DNA from: Squalus acanthias
Lineage: Eukaryota
Reading direction: 5' to 3'
NCBI GenBank assembly: GCA_030390025.1
Contig: JASTWF010000070.1
Location: forward strand, 310,001 to 374,000
Length of the DNA stretch: 64,000 nucleotides
Shown here: piece after piece, positions 25,366 to 38,653 of the stretch
Position numbering within the stretch: the first letter of the stretch is position 1
Layout: each line of letters starts with the position of its first letter
Translations under genes and position numbers: made by a program
The notes under the pieces: model-generated
Seen by the model: only the letters and a program-made list of their open reading frames with translations
What the model was told of the DNA's origin: nothing
Databases searched by the model: none

Positions 25366-28300
25366 GTCAGTCTTATGTGCTTCTACTTCATGGCGGAATT
25401 CAAGCGTATGATCATTGAGCTAATCAGGCTTGTAGAAGAGTGCGCGTTGTATTCTGTAATATTAGTGTCCTGTTGAAGGACTGGATTATCTCAGGCGAAT
25501 GAAATTAGAGCAAATGTCAATATTTTCCATCTATCGGGTGTCCCGTCTGCTCTCTCACGTGGAGGTAAAAGATCCCATGGCCACTATTGGAAGGAGATCA
25601 GGGGAGTTCTGCCCGGTGTCCTGCGGCCAATATTATATCCCTCAATCAACATCACAGATTACCTGGTCATTATCATATTGCTGTTTGTGGGAGCTTGCTG
25701 TGCGCAATTCGGCTGCCGGGTTTCCTGCATTACAACAGTGACTACAGCGCAAAAGGTAATTCATTGGCTGTAAAGATCTTTCTTTCTTTCCTTCTTTCTT
25801 TCTTGCTTTCTTTCTTTCTCTCTTTCATTCTTTCTTTCTTTCATTCTTTCTTCCTTTCATTCTTTCTCCTGTTAGAGGCTTAATTTTAACCCCCATCATT
25901 TGACTCATTTAGATATTAGTATCCATGATCATTAATGATCGGATGGTCCTATTCACAGTTTACTGCTGTACCCGTTTCTTTATAGGAAGCGGTATTTATT
26001 TCTGCCGTGTAACAGACCCTCTTGTGAATATGTTATTCTCTCAGTTATTGCCTCTCAGGAAGTTTTCCGCCAGAATCCGCCGGCTCAGACTGTCTCCGTT
26101 GGAAGTATCTTTAAGGTGGATTGTCACACGGGTTGGTTAGCAGTAAGAAAAGTACACTGGTATAAGCAGCAGCACCGAGAGCATCTACAGCTGGTTTACA
26201 CCGTGAGGAAGCACATGCCGCCTGAAGGAAGATTTTCCGGACAGGTTAACAACGAATCCAGTATTTACTCTCTGATTGTGAAAGATGTCCAGAGGAATGA
26301 TGCGGGGGTGTATTACTGCGCAGCTAAGAAATCTAGCGGAATGCCCTTGATATTCGGAAACGGCTCGAAATTGTTCATTGCAGGTAAGAATTGCGATTGT
26401 TTCACTCATTTTATCATAAATAACGACGAATTTCCGTAGAGTAATAATGATATCTTAACCCCCAAACTCCCCAGGGTCTCCGGAAATCTTTCTCTTAGCC
26501 CCGCCACCGGATGAAATTCCCTCGCTGGAAAGGGTCCCATTGATGTGTTTGGTGAAAAGCCTGTCTCCCGATTCCCTTCCCATTCGCTGGAATGTTTCCG
26601 GACAGGTTACCGAGGAACCGAGCGATTCCGGGACAATAGACCCGGACGGGACCTACACTGTCAGGAGTCACATCAGCGTCTCGGCGGAAACTTGGAGCAG
26701 CGGCGCTGTCTGTACTTGCGCCGTTCCAATCAACTCCACTGGGGATCTGATCAGTGAAAGTGTCTCATCTCAGAGAGGTAACTAGTGGCAGTGACCCTTC
26801 ACTAATATCTTCCGTGCTGATGTAAGAGTTAATTGTTAGCAATATCACTTTATACATTCAAAGTCTCTCCCTTTCTGTGTGTCCATGCAGAATTACCCAA
26901 TCATTTACCTCTCTCGATGTTGCAGTGTTGAGCTTTCTGTCTAGCTCGGCCATACGTCTTTGGTGGGAGAGGATGTCTCGGTCTGAGCTGTCCATGGGTA
27001 GAATTGGAAAATATAATTGCCATTTCCAGTTTATCACTTTCTCTCTCGATGCCTGTATGTAGGTATCTGTATTACACAGTATGTACAGCACAGAGACAGG
27101 CCATTCGGCCCAGCAGGTCCGTGCCGGTGTTTATGCGCCACACGAGTTCCCTCCCATCCCACTTCATTATAAACCCATCAATATCAATCTATTTGTTTCT
27201 CCCTCATCTGTTTATCGAACTTCCCCTTAAATGCATCTATACTATTCGCCTCAACCACTCCCTGTGGGAGCGAGTTCCACATTCTCACCACTCTCTGGGT
27301 AAAGAAGTTTCTCCTGAATTCCCAATTGGCTTTAATAGTGACTATCTTATATTTATGGCGCCTAGTTCTGGTCCCAAGCGCCCCCCTCCCCCGCCACAAG
27401 TGGAAAGATCTTCTCTACGTCGACCCGATCAAAGGTTTTGATAAAGTAGATCGAGAGAGAATGTTTCAACGTGTGGGGAAGAGCATAACTGGAGGCCATC
27501 AATATAAGATAGTCACCAAGAAATTCAATAGGGAATTCAGGAGAAACCTCTTTGCCCAGAGAGTGGTGAGAATGTGGAACTCGCTAACTCAGGGAGTGTT
27601 TGAAGCGAATTGTATAGATGCATTTAAAGGGGGAGGCTGGACAAGCATGTGAGGGAGTAGGGAATAGAGGGATAAGCTGATAGATTTAGATGAGGAAAGA
27701 CGGGAGGAGGCTCCAGTGGAGCATAAACGCCAGCATGGACTGGTTGGGCCCAATGTCCTATCTCTGTGCCATATATCCTATGTAATCCTATGAAAATATT
27801 TTCATAATCTAAAGTCCACTATCAGGTCTCCTCTCAGTCTTCACTTTTGTAGAGAAAAGAGCACCAGCCTGTTCAATCTTTCCTGATATGTATAATGTCT
27901 CAATTCAGGTATCATCCAATAAATCTTTTTGTATCTTCTCCAGTGTCTCTATATAATCTTTATAATATGGAGCCCAGAAATGTTCACAGTATTCCAAGTG
28001 TGATCCAACCAAGGTTCTATAGGAATTGAACATAACTTATCTGCTTTTCAATTATATCCCTCTAGAAATGAACCCCAGTGCTTGGTTTGCTTTTTTATGC
28101 CCTTATTAACCTGCGTCGCTACTTTTAGTGATTTGTGTATCTGCACCTCCAGATCCCGCTGCTCCTCTACTCCATTTAGACACTTATTTTCCAAGGAGTA
28201 TGTGGCCTCCTTATTCTTTTGATCCAAACGGATTCTATCTAACGTTTCATCTAAGAGAGGAGAAAGGTGTCACTTGGGGTACCACAGACTAGAGGAGTTG

Positions 28301-30883
28301 CGGACAAACGCTTAGAATCCGTAATTTGAACTGAAATTGGTGAGCATTTCTAAATGGCTGGGCTAGTTAAGGACAACCAGCAGCGATTTGTGAAAGTGGA
28401 GTCGTGTTTAACAAATTTAATAGAGCTTTTGTAGAATTGACCGATTGGATAGTTAAAGGGATTGCAGTAGATGTAACGTGTATGGATTTCCAGAAGGCGT
28501 TTGATAAGGTGTCGCACAAGCGGGCTGTTGGGAAGCAATTCAGAGGTATGGTGTGAAGGAGATGTGGCAGCCTGGATGGAAAGTTAGATGACAGACAAGA
28601 CATAAGGAGATAGGGTAAATGGGTATTCCTCAGATTGGCGAAGGGTTGGAAGTGCTGCTTTCCAGGGGACCGAGTGGGTTTTGGGATTAGTTTTGGACTG
28701 ATACAGGAATATCGAGGTAGAGCCAGGTAATGGGATTAGTTTTGGATCTATCTGCCAAAAAGCCGGCACAAACATGGAGGGCCTCTAAGTCTCCTTTTGT
28801 GCCCTACCCTTCGATAGGTTCATGATTATATGGTTCTGTCTGTNNNNNNNNNNNNNNNNNNNNNNNNNNNNNNNNNNNNNNNNNNNNNNNNNNNNNNNNN
28901 NNNNNNNNNNNNNNNNNNNNNNNNNNNNNNNNNNNNNNNNNNNNNNNNNNNNNNNNNNNNNNNNNNNNNNNNNNNNNNNNNNNNNNNNNNNNNNNNNNNN
29001 NNNNNNNNNNNNNNNNNNNNNNNNNNNNNNNNNNNNNNNNNNNNNNNNNNNNNNNNNNNNNNNNNNNNNNNNNNNNNNNNNNNNNNNNNNNNNNNNNNNN
29101 NNNNNNNNNNNNNNNNNNNNNNNNNNNNNNNNNNNNNNNNNNNNNNNNNNNNNNNNNNNNNNNNNNNNNNNNNATCTCTCTCTCTATCCATCTCTCCATC
29201 TCTCTATCTCTATATCTGTCTATCTTTCTCTCTATCGATCTATCTCTGTCTATCTATCTATCTGTCTATCTATCTATCTGTCTATCTATCTCTCCATCTC
29301 TCTNNNNNNNNNNNNNNNNNNNNNNNNNNNNNNNNNNNNNNNNNNNNNNNNNNNNNNNNNNNNNNNNNNNNNNNNNNNNNNNNNNNNNNNNNNNNNNNNN
29401 NNNNNNNNNNNNNNNNNNNNNNNNNNNNNNNNNNNNNNNNNNNNNNNNNNNNNNNNNNNNNNNNNNNNNNNNNNNNNNNNNNNNNNNNNNNNNNNNNNNN
29501 NNNNNNNNNNNNNNNNNNNNNNNNNNNNNNNNNNNNNNNNNNNNNNNNNNNNNNNNNNNNNNNNNNNNNNNNNNNNNNNNNNNNNNNNNNNNNNNNNNNN
29601 NAATTATTTTCAGCAACATTTTTAATTTGTTCTCGTGATGTGGGTGACGCTGGTAAGTCTGGCATTGATTGTCCATCCCTAGTGGTTGAGAAGGTGTTGG
29701 TGTGCCTCCTTGAACCTTCTGCGAGAAACAGAAGGCTCGGGTTACGAGTTTTTAAAAAATAAAACGTTTTTTTTTCTTTCTTCAGTGTCCCCGCTACAAA
29801 GCAACTGCAGATTACTGCTTTACGGAACTTCAGCGGCGGCGCTTCTCCTTCTGCTGTTGGTTATTGTCGCTGCGGGAAGGAGCTGCAGGAACCGGTGGTC
29901 AGGTAGCGGTTGCCGGGAGACGCTCCAACTCCGCGGTGCTCCCAATCAATCCATTTATTGTGTCATTGGCTCATTACATGTTAGTGGGTCGGTTCAGTGT
30001 GAAATGTGCGCATTTAGACTTAGATTAAGTTTCTCTTTATATCAGGCAACACGAACAGCGATCAGAAATTGACCGATTCGAGACCACGTGCACAAGACAA
30101 GGAGGTAGATATGAAAAGAATTGTTTTTGCTCAACACATGTCGATACCTTGCACTGATTTTAACCCAATGTTTCAGATTCATAGTTAATGAGTCTATAAA
30201 ACTTTGCATAGTGAGCACTACAGGGTAGCACTGATTTCCTTTTATGTAAAACTGCGAACGTAGATTAAAAAAATATTGATCTGGATATTTTAAATTGCAG
30301 AATGATGATTCACCAGAGTGATACCCGGGGCTAAAAGGGTTAAATTATGAGGACATGTTGCACATACTAGGCTTGTATTCCAACGTGTTTAGAAGATTAA
30401 GGGGTGATTTCATTGTGGTGTTTAAGATGATTAAAGGATTCCATGGGGTAGATAGAGAGAAACAATTTCCTCTGGTGGGGGGAGTCCAGAACAAAGGGGG
30501 CAACACCTTAAAATTAGAGCCAGGCCGTTTAGCGGTGATGTCAGGAAGCACTTCTTCACACAAGGGGTGGTGGAAATCTGCAACCCACTCCCCCAAAAAG
30601 CTGTCGAGGCTGGGGGTCAATTGGAAATTCCAAAACTGAGAGATTTTTGATAGATTCTTATTGGGTAAAGGGATTAAGGGGTAGGCAACCAAGGCGGGTA
30701 GATGGAGTTAAGATACAGATCAGCCATGATCTAATTGAATGGCGGAACAGGCTCGAGGGGCTGGACAGCCTCCTCCTGTCCCTCTGTTCCTATGATGATT
30801 ATGTGGGCCATGATAATGGTTTCTGTTTTCTCTCATAGACTCTTTACGCCCATCTGGCGTTTAATGCGGTTCCGACCCTCTGA
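25323..30883 (+). CDS. Gene B: non-rearranging antigen-receptor-like VJ-C1-TM receptor with tyrosine motif (6 exons, ~301 aa)
   Basis: Exons 25323-25365, 26045-26383, 26475-26777, 29786-29902, 30046-30104 and 30839-30883. All introns are GT-AG with phases 1,1,1,1,0 and the frame is open throughout; AATAAA at 31600-31605. Two N gaps in the C-TM intron could hide exons. Confidence 0.82.
26045..26383 (+). CDS. Gene B pre-joined VJ-type V exon
   Basis: VIASQEVFRQNPPAQTVSVGSIFKVDCHTGWLAVRKVHWYKQQHREHLQLVYTVRKHMPPEGRFSGQVNNESSIYSLIVKDVQRNDAGVYYCAAKKSSGMPLIFGNGSKLFIA, then gtaag; C, WYKQ, DAGVYYC and FGNG motifs. Confidence 0.92.
26475..26777 (+). CDS. Gene B C1-set exon
   Basis: GSPEIFLLAPPPDEIPSLERVPLMCLVKSLSPDSLPIRWNVSGQVTEEPSDSGTIDPDGTYTVRSHISVSAETWSSGAVCTCAVPINSTGDLISESVSSQR; follows a 91-bp intron. 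Confidence 0.9.
29175..29302. repeat. (TCTA/TCTC)n microsatellite between two assembly gaps
   Basis: Simple repeat flanked by N runs 28844-29173 and 29303-29600. Confidence 0.9.
29786..29902 (+). CDS. Gene B connecting peptide/TM exon
   Basis: Strong pyrimidine tract plus cag; VSPLQSNCRLLLYGTSAAALLLLLLVIVAAGRSCRNRWS, then gt donor. Confidence 0.8.
30046..30104 (+). CDS. Gene B cytoplasmic exon 1
   Basis: ttctctttatatcag acceptor; GNTNSDQKLTDSRPRAQDKE; gtaga donor (phase 1 to 0). Confidence 0.65.
30290..30790 (+). mobile_element. CR1 3' fragment in the last intron of gene B
   Basis: RRLRGDFIVVFKMIKG remnant and CR1 3' UTR. Confidence 0.8.
30839..30883 (+). CDS. Gene B terminal exon with ITIM/ITSM-like TLYAHL
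   Basis: tttctctcatag acceptor; phase-0 TLYAHLAFNAVPTL*. Confidence 0.68.
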   Translation, partial: TLYAHLAFNAVPTL

Positions 30884-31789
30884 CGGGAAAGGAAAGCGAG
30901 TGCCTGCCGGATATGACGTTTGTGGAAAGTTCCCTCTGCTTTGCTCTCATTGTGGGATCAGTAAGACACGATGCTCAGTAACAATTCAAACCTCCTGTTT
31001 CTCAATTGTGTGCCGCTTCCGCGTGCTTTTGGGTTCCATTGACAGGAAATTGGCAATCTCATTCAGAAGACTAACCGGCGCAGTAGAGTCCTGAGGTGTG
31101 AACCCTTCCGAGAGACTTTGATACGCCGGGTTCAAGTCCCAAAGCACCGCAGAAATCTGACTATTGGAAGCACTGGCGTGCAGCTGAAGGGTTCAATTGC
31201 TATCTTCATTGAAGTCTCACTGCGGCGATCTCACGTTCACTGACAGACTTGATGAACAATTATCAATAATTAACACTTACTCGGAAGACAGACTGACCAA
31301 TGCAGAACCGGCGTATCGTCTACTGGAGAGTCTTAACGCCGAACAGAACCGACGCAATTTCAAGCGGATTTGCAAATGGGAAATTTCAGCCCAAAGCGGA
31401 AATTCTAAACATATTTAAATTCTCTCTTACACATCGACCGCTACTCTTAAGATGACACATCGCCTGCAGCTTCGGTTCAATCTCGACATGTTTCTCCTCT
31501 CCTGTATTGGCATTTTTAGTTTCATTTCGCGTCTTTGTATGTGAGCACGATATAATTCAAATAATCTTTACAGTGCATCAGTGTCCGAGTTACAAACGCA
31601 ATAAAACAGTTTTTCAAACTCCAGCATTGTGTCTGTGATTCCAGCCCTTTGATCGTTCAGTCCAGAGGCTCTCGGTGTATCTCTAACGCCGATTTACAAT
31701 GCACATTTATAGAGTAAATGTATGCCGTTCAAAAGTGGGGCTCAGGACCGACTGGGCAGCTCAGGAACTGCCTCCGGATTTAGGCTGCA

Positions 31790-34700
31790 TTGATATTAAA
31801 GCTGGAGTTTAGACGAATGTGAGGTGATCTCATTGAAACATACAAAATTCTTACAGGGCTTGACAGGGTAGATGCTGGGAGCATGTTTCCCCTGGCTTTG
31901 GAGTCCAGAACAAGAGGTCACAGTCTCAGAATAAGGGGTCGGCCATTTAGGACTGAGGTGAGGAGAAATTTCTTCACTCAAAGGGTGGTGAATCTTTGAA
32001 ATTCTCTACCCCAGAGGGCTGTGGAGGCTCAGTCGTTGAGTATATTCAAAACAGAGATCGATAGATTTTTGGACTCCAGGGAAATCAAGGGATACGGCTA
32101 TAGTGCAGGAAAGTGGAAATGAGGTAGAAAATCAGCCATGATCTTATTGAATGGCGGAGCAGGCTCGAGGGGCCACTTGGCCTACTCCTGCTACTATTTC
32201 TTATGTTCTTGTGTAACTGGACCCCGAACGTTCTCTGCTTCTGTCCTGGGAGTGAACTCTGTCACATTTACAATTGAAAGTAGATTATATTAAATCTATC
32301 TGCTCTTTTTTAATAATGCAGTTAAGTGATTTCGTCACCAAATTTATGGTGGCTTTTACCCACTATTAGTTTCTATTAGTTCTCAGAAAATACGTTTTGA
32401 TATGGGGTAGAGGATCTGGGGTGCAGTTACACAAATCACTAAAAGTAGCGACACAGGTTAACAAGGACATTAAAACAAGCAAACCAAAGCACTGGGGTTC
32501 ATTTCTAGAGGAATAGAATTGAAAAGCAGAGAAGATATGTTGAACTTGTATTGATCCTTGGTTAGACCACACTTGGAATACTGTGCACACTTCTGGTCTC
32601 CATATTATAAAAAGGATATAGAGGCCCTGGAGAAGGTGCAAAAAAGATGTACAAGGATGACACAGAACTGAGAGGTTATACACATCAGGAAAAATTGAAC
32701 AGGCTGGCGTTCTTTTCTCTTGAAAAGGGAAGGCTGAGGGGTGACATGATCGAGGACTTTAAGATTATTAAAGGGTTTGATAGGAAGAGAAGTTGTTTTG
32801 ACTTGTAAAGTGACCAGAACTAGGGGCCATAAATATAAGATAGTCACTAATAAATCCAATAAGTAATTCAGCAGAAACCTCTTTACCCAGAGAGTGGTGA
32901 GAATGTGGAACTCGCTGCCACAGGGAGTGGTTGAGGCGAATAGCATAGAAGCATTTAAGGGGAAGCTTGATAAAAACATGAGGGAGAAAGGAATAGAAGG
33001 ATATGCTGATGGGGTGAGATGAAGAGGAGTGGGAGGAGGCTGGTGTGGAGCAGAAACCTCGGCACGGACCAGTGGGTCCGAATGGCCTGTTTCTGTGCTG
33101 TGAACACATTGTAACTTTGTAAAGCAGAACCCTTCGGCTGTGACTGAAAGCGATTTGCTGGTGATGCTAATAATTCGCAGCGGTAACACAATTTGCTCTT
33201 CACATTAGGAAATCGGTCAAATACAAGAGTAAAATTCAAAGGCTGTTTCGCCGAGATGCTTTGATATTTTTCGGGCACACCTTCGATTTCATACACATTT
33301 AAAAGCTGGGTATGAGGCCGTTAGTGTGGTGATTAATGGATAATGGAGCTGGTTATTAGGCTCTGATCTCATCGAGAATCTCTTGTAATTCATGTACCGA
33401 GGGGATAGAAACTAGCCGAAATTAACAATAATCTGCTGTCAAAATATTCTGCACAGTTATTGCAAAGCGTATTTGGAGACACTTGTCACAAGATCGCTGC
33501 ACGTGAAAAAGGTCATTCTGCCAAACTTAGCTCAGGAATCCAGAAAGGTTCTGACCTTCTCGCCCATCAGGGCAGCCAGACTGTTTCCTAAATGACTCCA
33601 TTCACACCACCCGAACCAGAGGACCATTCCATGTGCTGATCACTCTTTGTGTGATGAACCTCCAAAAATCAGTCTTCAATTTGCCTTTTAGTCGTCCGAA
33701 CTAATTATCCTACTTGCGACAGGAACATTGGAACAGGAGGAGGCCATTCAGCCTCTGGAGCCTGATCTAACATTCAATTAGATCACGGCTGATCTGTATC
33801 TTAACTCCATTTACCCGCCTTGGTTCCGTAACCCTTAATACCCTTACCCAACAAAAATCTATCAATCTGAGTGTTGATATTTCCAATTGACCCCCAGCCT
33901 CAACAACTTTTTGGATGAGAGAGTTCTAGATTTCCACTAGGTTTTGTGTGAACAAGTGCTTCCTGAAATCACCCCTGAACGGCCAGGCTCTAATTTTAAG
34001 ATTCTGCTCCCATGTTCTGGACTCTCCCCACCAGAGGAAATAGTTTCTCTCTAGCTACCCTATCGAATCCTTTAATCATCTTAAACATCTCAATTAGTTC
34101 ACCCTTAATCTTCTAAACTCAAAATAATACAAGCCTACTCTATGCAACCTGTCCTTAGAATGTAACCCTCTTTGCCCCGGTATCGTCCTGGTGAATTTAG
34201 ATCTGCTTTATAGAACCCTACAGTAAAAACTAACATTAAGAAGAACACGGTTGTTAGGAATTTATTCAAATCCTCATATGATTTATTGGACAGATACTGG
34301 GAGATGGATTTGAAAGGGTCTTTGCCAGGAACAGTTGTTTGCTGCTCCTGAATCTCATTCGGTTGTACATGCTGTTTCCAAACTAATCAGAAGGGGAATA
34401 CTTAGACTGATCTGACTCTGATGGATAAAGCAATATACTCACCTATGGTGCAATCCTGTCTCTGGTTGAATATTCTCGCCCAATACTTAGCATACCTGGG
34501 ATCTTGAACATAGGAATTGCTAGACGAGAAAAGGCCAAGGTCCATCGAGTTCACCTTCTGCCATCCTGGTGGTCGCAGGATACAATGATAATGGGGTTGT
34601 CATGGCAATCCATCCCTACCCATGAGTCTACAACAGACCCAGACCTGACGTGAGCAAACCCCAGTGGTGGAGAGCTTTAGGAAACCACAGGTCCAATGTC

Positions 34701-35570
34701 ACCCATTCCTCCCAAGCCACGCTGCACTCATCATCTGTCTCTGACATGTAGTTTTGACATTACTACACATAACAAAACACACTACCCCAAAGGTAAAATG
34801 GAACCAGGCACAATTCCCGCATCTCTGTCTGCGAATCTCTCCTGTTGTGTTCTTAGTCTGTAAATGATTAAGCATCTCGCTTCTCAGACAGAGGATATCG
34901 CCACGAACAGTATCTCAATTCAGGACATAAGAACATAGGAACTTAAGAAATAGGAGCAGGAATAGGCCACTTGACCCCTCGAGCCTGCTCTGCCATTCAA
35001 TAAGATCATGGCTCATCTTGGGCTCAAAGCCACTTCCCTGTCCACTCCCCATAACCCTTGACTCCCTTATCTTGTAAAAATCTGTCTATCTCCATTTAAA
35101 TGTATTTAATGACCCAGCCTCCACGGCTGTCTGGGGAAGAGAATTCCAAAGATTTACGACCCTCTGAGAGAAGAAATTCCTCCTCATCTCAGTTCTAAAA
35201 GGGCGAACCTTTATTCTGAAACTATGCCCCCGTGTTCTAGATTTCCCCACGAGGGGAAACGTTCTCTCTGCATCTACCTTGTCGAGCCCCCTCAGTATCT
35301 TAGATGTTTCAATAAGATCCCATCTCATTCTTCTAAATTCCAATGAGTATAGGCCCAATCTGCTCAACCTTTCCTCATAAGTCAACCCCCTCATCTCTGG
35401 AATTAACCTAGTGAATCGTCTCTGAACAGCCTCCAATGCAAGTATATGCTTCCTTAACTAAGGAGACCAATACTGTACGCAGCACTCAAGGTGTGGTCTC
35501 AACAATACCCTGTATAGTTGTAGCAGGAGTTCCCTGCTTTTATACTCCAACCCCCTTGCAATAAACCGAT
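31790..35570. mobile_element. Several CR1 3' fragments in both orientations between genes B and D
   Basis: For example ORF 35086-35436 (-) EAVQRRFTRLIP...LGLYSLEFRRMR; further copies at ~31790-32210, 32410-33110 and 33720-34200. Confidence 0.8.
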
Positions 35571-36019
35571 ATTGTCATCTCAATAGTCATTGAAGTTTTA
35601 TCCTGATCATATTTAAATATAAGTGAAGTACTGGTCGATAGGAACCTCTCGTGCATCTTTAAATTCGGAGAAAAATTTATTTTATTAATACATAAGCATT
35701 TGCAAATACAAATCTTGTTATTAACTGGAGCTGCAGACTGAGCAGGAAAGGTTCAGAGAAAGACCAAACCGAGAAGTCCCTGCTCTTAATGTTTGTCTCA
35801 CACTTGAATTACACTAACACAGTGGAATATTTTTACAATACTCAAAGCACGTTCTTTACATTGAACAGAAAGAGTTTTTGCAAACTCTGGCGAGTGCAGG
35901 CAGATAGTTTAGATGTTTGACGGGATTCTCCGTGGCTCCATTCGTTTTCCAGCAGGCTGTGGGTTCTTTTGTAAGTCCTGTCTCCGCCCGCATCCATCTG
36001 ATAGAAACACTCCGGGTTC

Positions 36020-36106
36020 TCATCCGCGACCCGCCTTCTTTTTTGATGACTTTTCCGAGGCAGCAAATTCCAGAGAGGCGTAAAGTATCTGGTCTTGAGG
36101 GCCGCC
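36020..36106 (-). CDS. Gene D terminal exon with canonical ITIM ILYASL
   Basis: ttttcctgtctcag acceptor; GGPQDQILYASLEFAASEKSSKKKAGRG*. Confidence 0.7.
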   Translation of the reverse strand, partial: GGPQDQILYASLEFAASEKSSKKKAGRG

Positions 36107-38653
36107 CTGAGACAGGAAAATATATTAAACATTGACATTTCAAGATATTTAAAGGCAGGTCAAACAATCCCGTCCTGCAGTCGCGTTTCATGGAATCATA
36201 GAACGATGCAGCACAGAAGCAGGCCATTCGGTCCATCGTGCCTGTGCTGGCTCTTTGAAAGATCATAAGAACATAAGAACATAAGAATTAGGAGCAGGAG
36301 CAGGCCATTCGTCCCCTCGAGCCTGCTCCGCCATTCAATAAGATCATGGCTGATCATCGACCTCAACTCCTCTTTCCAACCCGATCTCCATATCCCTTGA
36401 TTCCCCTAGAGTCCAAAAATCTATCTATCTCAGTCTTGAATATACTCAAAGACTAAGCATCGACAACCCTCTTGGGCAGAGAATTCCAAAGTTTCACAAC
36501 CCTCTGAGTGAAGAAATTCCTCCTAATCTTCGTCTTAAATGGCCTACCCCTTATCCTGAGACTATGCCCCCTAGTTCTGGACATGCCAGCCAGGGAAAAC
36601 AACCTCTCAGCATTTACCCTCTCAATCAATCCACTTCAGAATTTTGTATGTTTCAATGAGATCACCTCTCATTCTTCTAAACTCCAGAGAGTATAGGCCC
36701 AATCTACACAATCGCTCATCATAAGACAGCCCTCTCATCCCAGGAATCAATCTAGTGAATCTTTTTTGCAACGCCTCCAAGGCAAGTACATCCTTCCTTA
36801 GATAAGGAGACCAAAACGGTGCACAGTATTCCAGGTGTGGTCTCACCAAGGCACTGTACAATTCCAGCAAGACTTCCTTACTCAATCGCTCTCTCTCACA
36901 CACACACACACACACACGCACACACACACTATCAATCACACCCAGACATAATCACACGCACTCACACACTCAATGACGCACACATAATCAATCATACCCA
37001 GATATAATCACACACACACAGACACTTAATCACTCACAGACACACTCAATCAATCATAACCAGACATAATCACATGCACTCACACACTCAATGACACACA
37101 CACAATCAATCATACCCAGACAGAATCACACGCCATCACACGTCCTAAAAGAAAGAAAGACTTGCATTTCCACAGCATCTTTCATGACCTCAGCACGCTC
37201 CAAACGCTTTACAGGCAATGACATACTTTTGAATTGTAGTTTCTGTTGTAATGTTGGAAACGTGGCAGCGAATCTGCGCACAGCAAGCTCCCAGAAAGAG
37301 CAATGAGATAATGTCCAGATAAACTGTTTTTTTAATAATGTTGGTTGAGGGATAAATATTGGCCCAGGACACCAGGGAGAACTCTCCTATGCTCTTCTTC
37401 GAGATAGTGGCGTGAGTCCTTTTACGTCCACCTGAGAGGGCAGAATGGGGCTCAATTTAATATCTCATCTCAAAGACGGCACCTGCGACGGTGCAGCACT
37501 CCCTTAGTACTGCCCCTCCGACAGTGCAGCACTCCCTCAGTACTGCCCCACCGACAGTGCAGCACTCCCTCATTACTGCCCCTCTGACGTTGCAGTGCTC
37601 CCTCAGTATACCCCTCCGACAGTACGGCGCTTCCTCAGTACTGCACTGGGAGCGTCAGCCTAGATTTTTGTGCGCAAGTCTCTGGAGTGAGACTTGAACC
37701 CATGACCTTCTGACGCAGAGGCGAGAGTGCTACCCACTAAGCCACGGCTGATAATCAGACGCACTTACACACTCACTAAATCTCATACATACACACACAC
37801 ACTCACTCTCTGAGACACTCACTCACAGACACAAACACACTCACACACACCCACACACACTCTCACACGCACAAACACACTAACACAATCACACACATTC
37901 CAATACGCACACACACTTACACTCACNNNNNNNNNNNNNNNNNNNNNNNNNNNNNNNNNNNNNNNNNNNNNNNNNNNNNNNNNNNNNNNNNNNNNNNNNN
38001 NNNNNNNNNNNNNNNNNNNNNNNNNNNNNNNNNNNNNNNNNNNNNNNNNNNNNNNNNNNNNNNNNNNNNNNNNNNNNNNNNNNNNNNNNNNNNNNNNNNN
38101 NNNNNNNNNNNNNNNNNNNNNNNNNNNNNNNNNNNNNNNNNNNAAAATTATTCTATCTTTGACGACTTATCATAGAAACATATTTTGACTTATCTGTGAA
38201 ACTATTCTGGGTGTCGTCTTATTTCTGAATCTTCATAATAATAACGTTGCTAATATATAAAAAAACAGCATCTCCGCCTGATGGGAGGAGGCGGAGGATT
38301 GTGGGGGGAGCGGACATGGCCTCAATGTAGATATAAAAGAATAGAAAATAGCAAAAAGCTGGAAATCTGAAATAGAACCTGAAACTGCTGGAAATCCGCA
38401 GTAAAGTCTGTTGAAGGCATTCTACCCGGAACATTAACCTGTTCTTTCTATTATCAGATGGGAAGAGGGCTGCGGGATATGTTCTGTTTCTAGTTGGAGC
38501 AACGAGTGGGATTCGCTGCAAATTAAAATGATCTGGACTATGACCTGCTCAATGCCAACCGTGTGAAATATCCCGCATGCAGCGCATTGCACCCATCCCA
38601 GAAATCATCAAGTTCCTGTATATTATTGCAACAGGTTCAATGAACTTACTTAC

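Noticed and set aside
28804-29762. Long ORFs spanning N runs
   Set aside because: Artefacts of assembly gaps and microsatellite.
26045-29902. Gene B as a conventional TCR chain
   Set aside because: No RSS or split V/J, a 91-bp V-C intron, no Lys in the TM core and a multi-exon tyrosine-motif tail.
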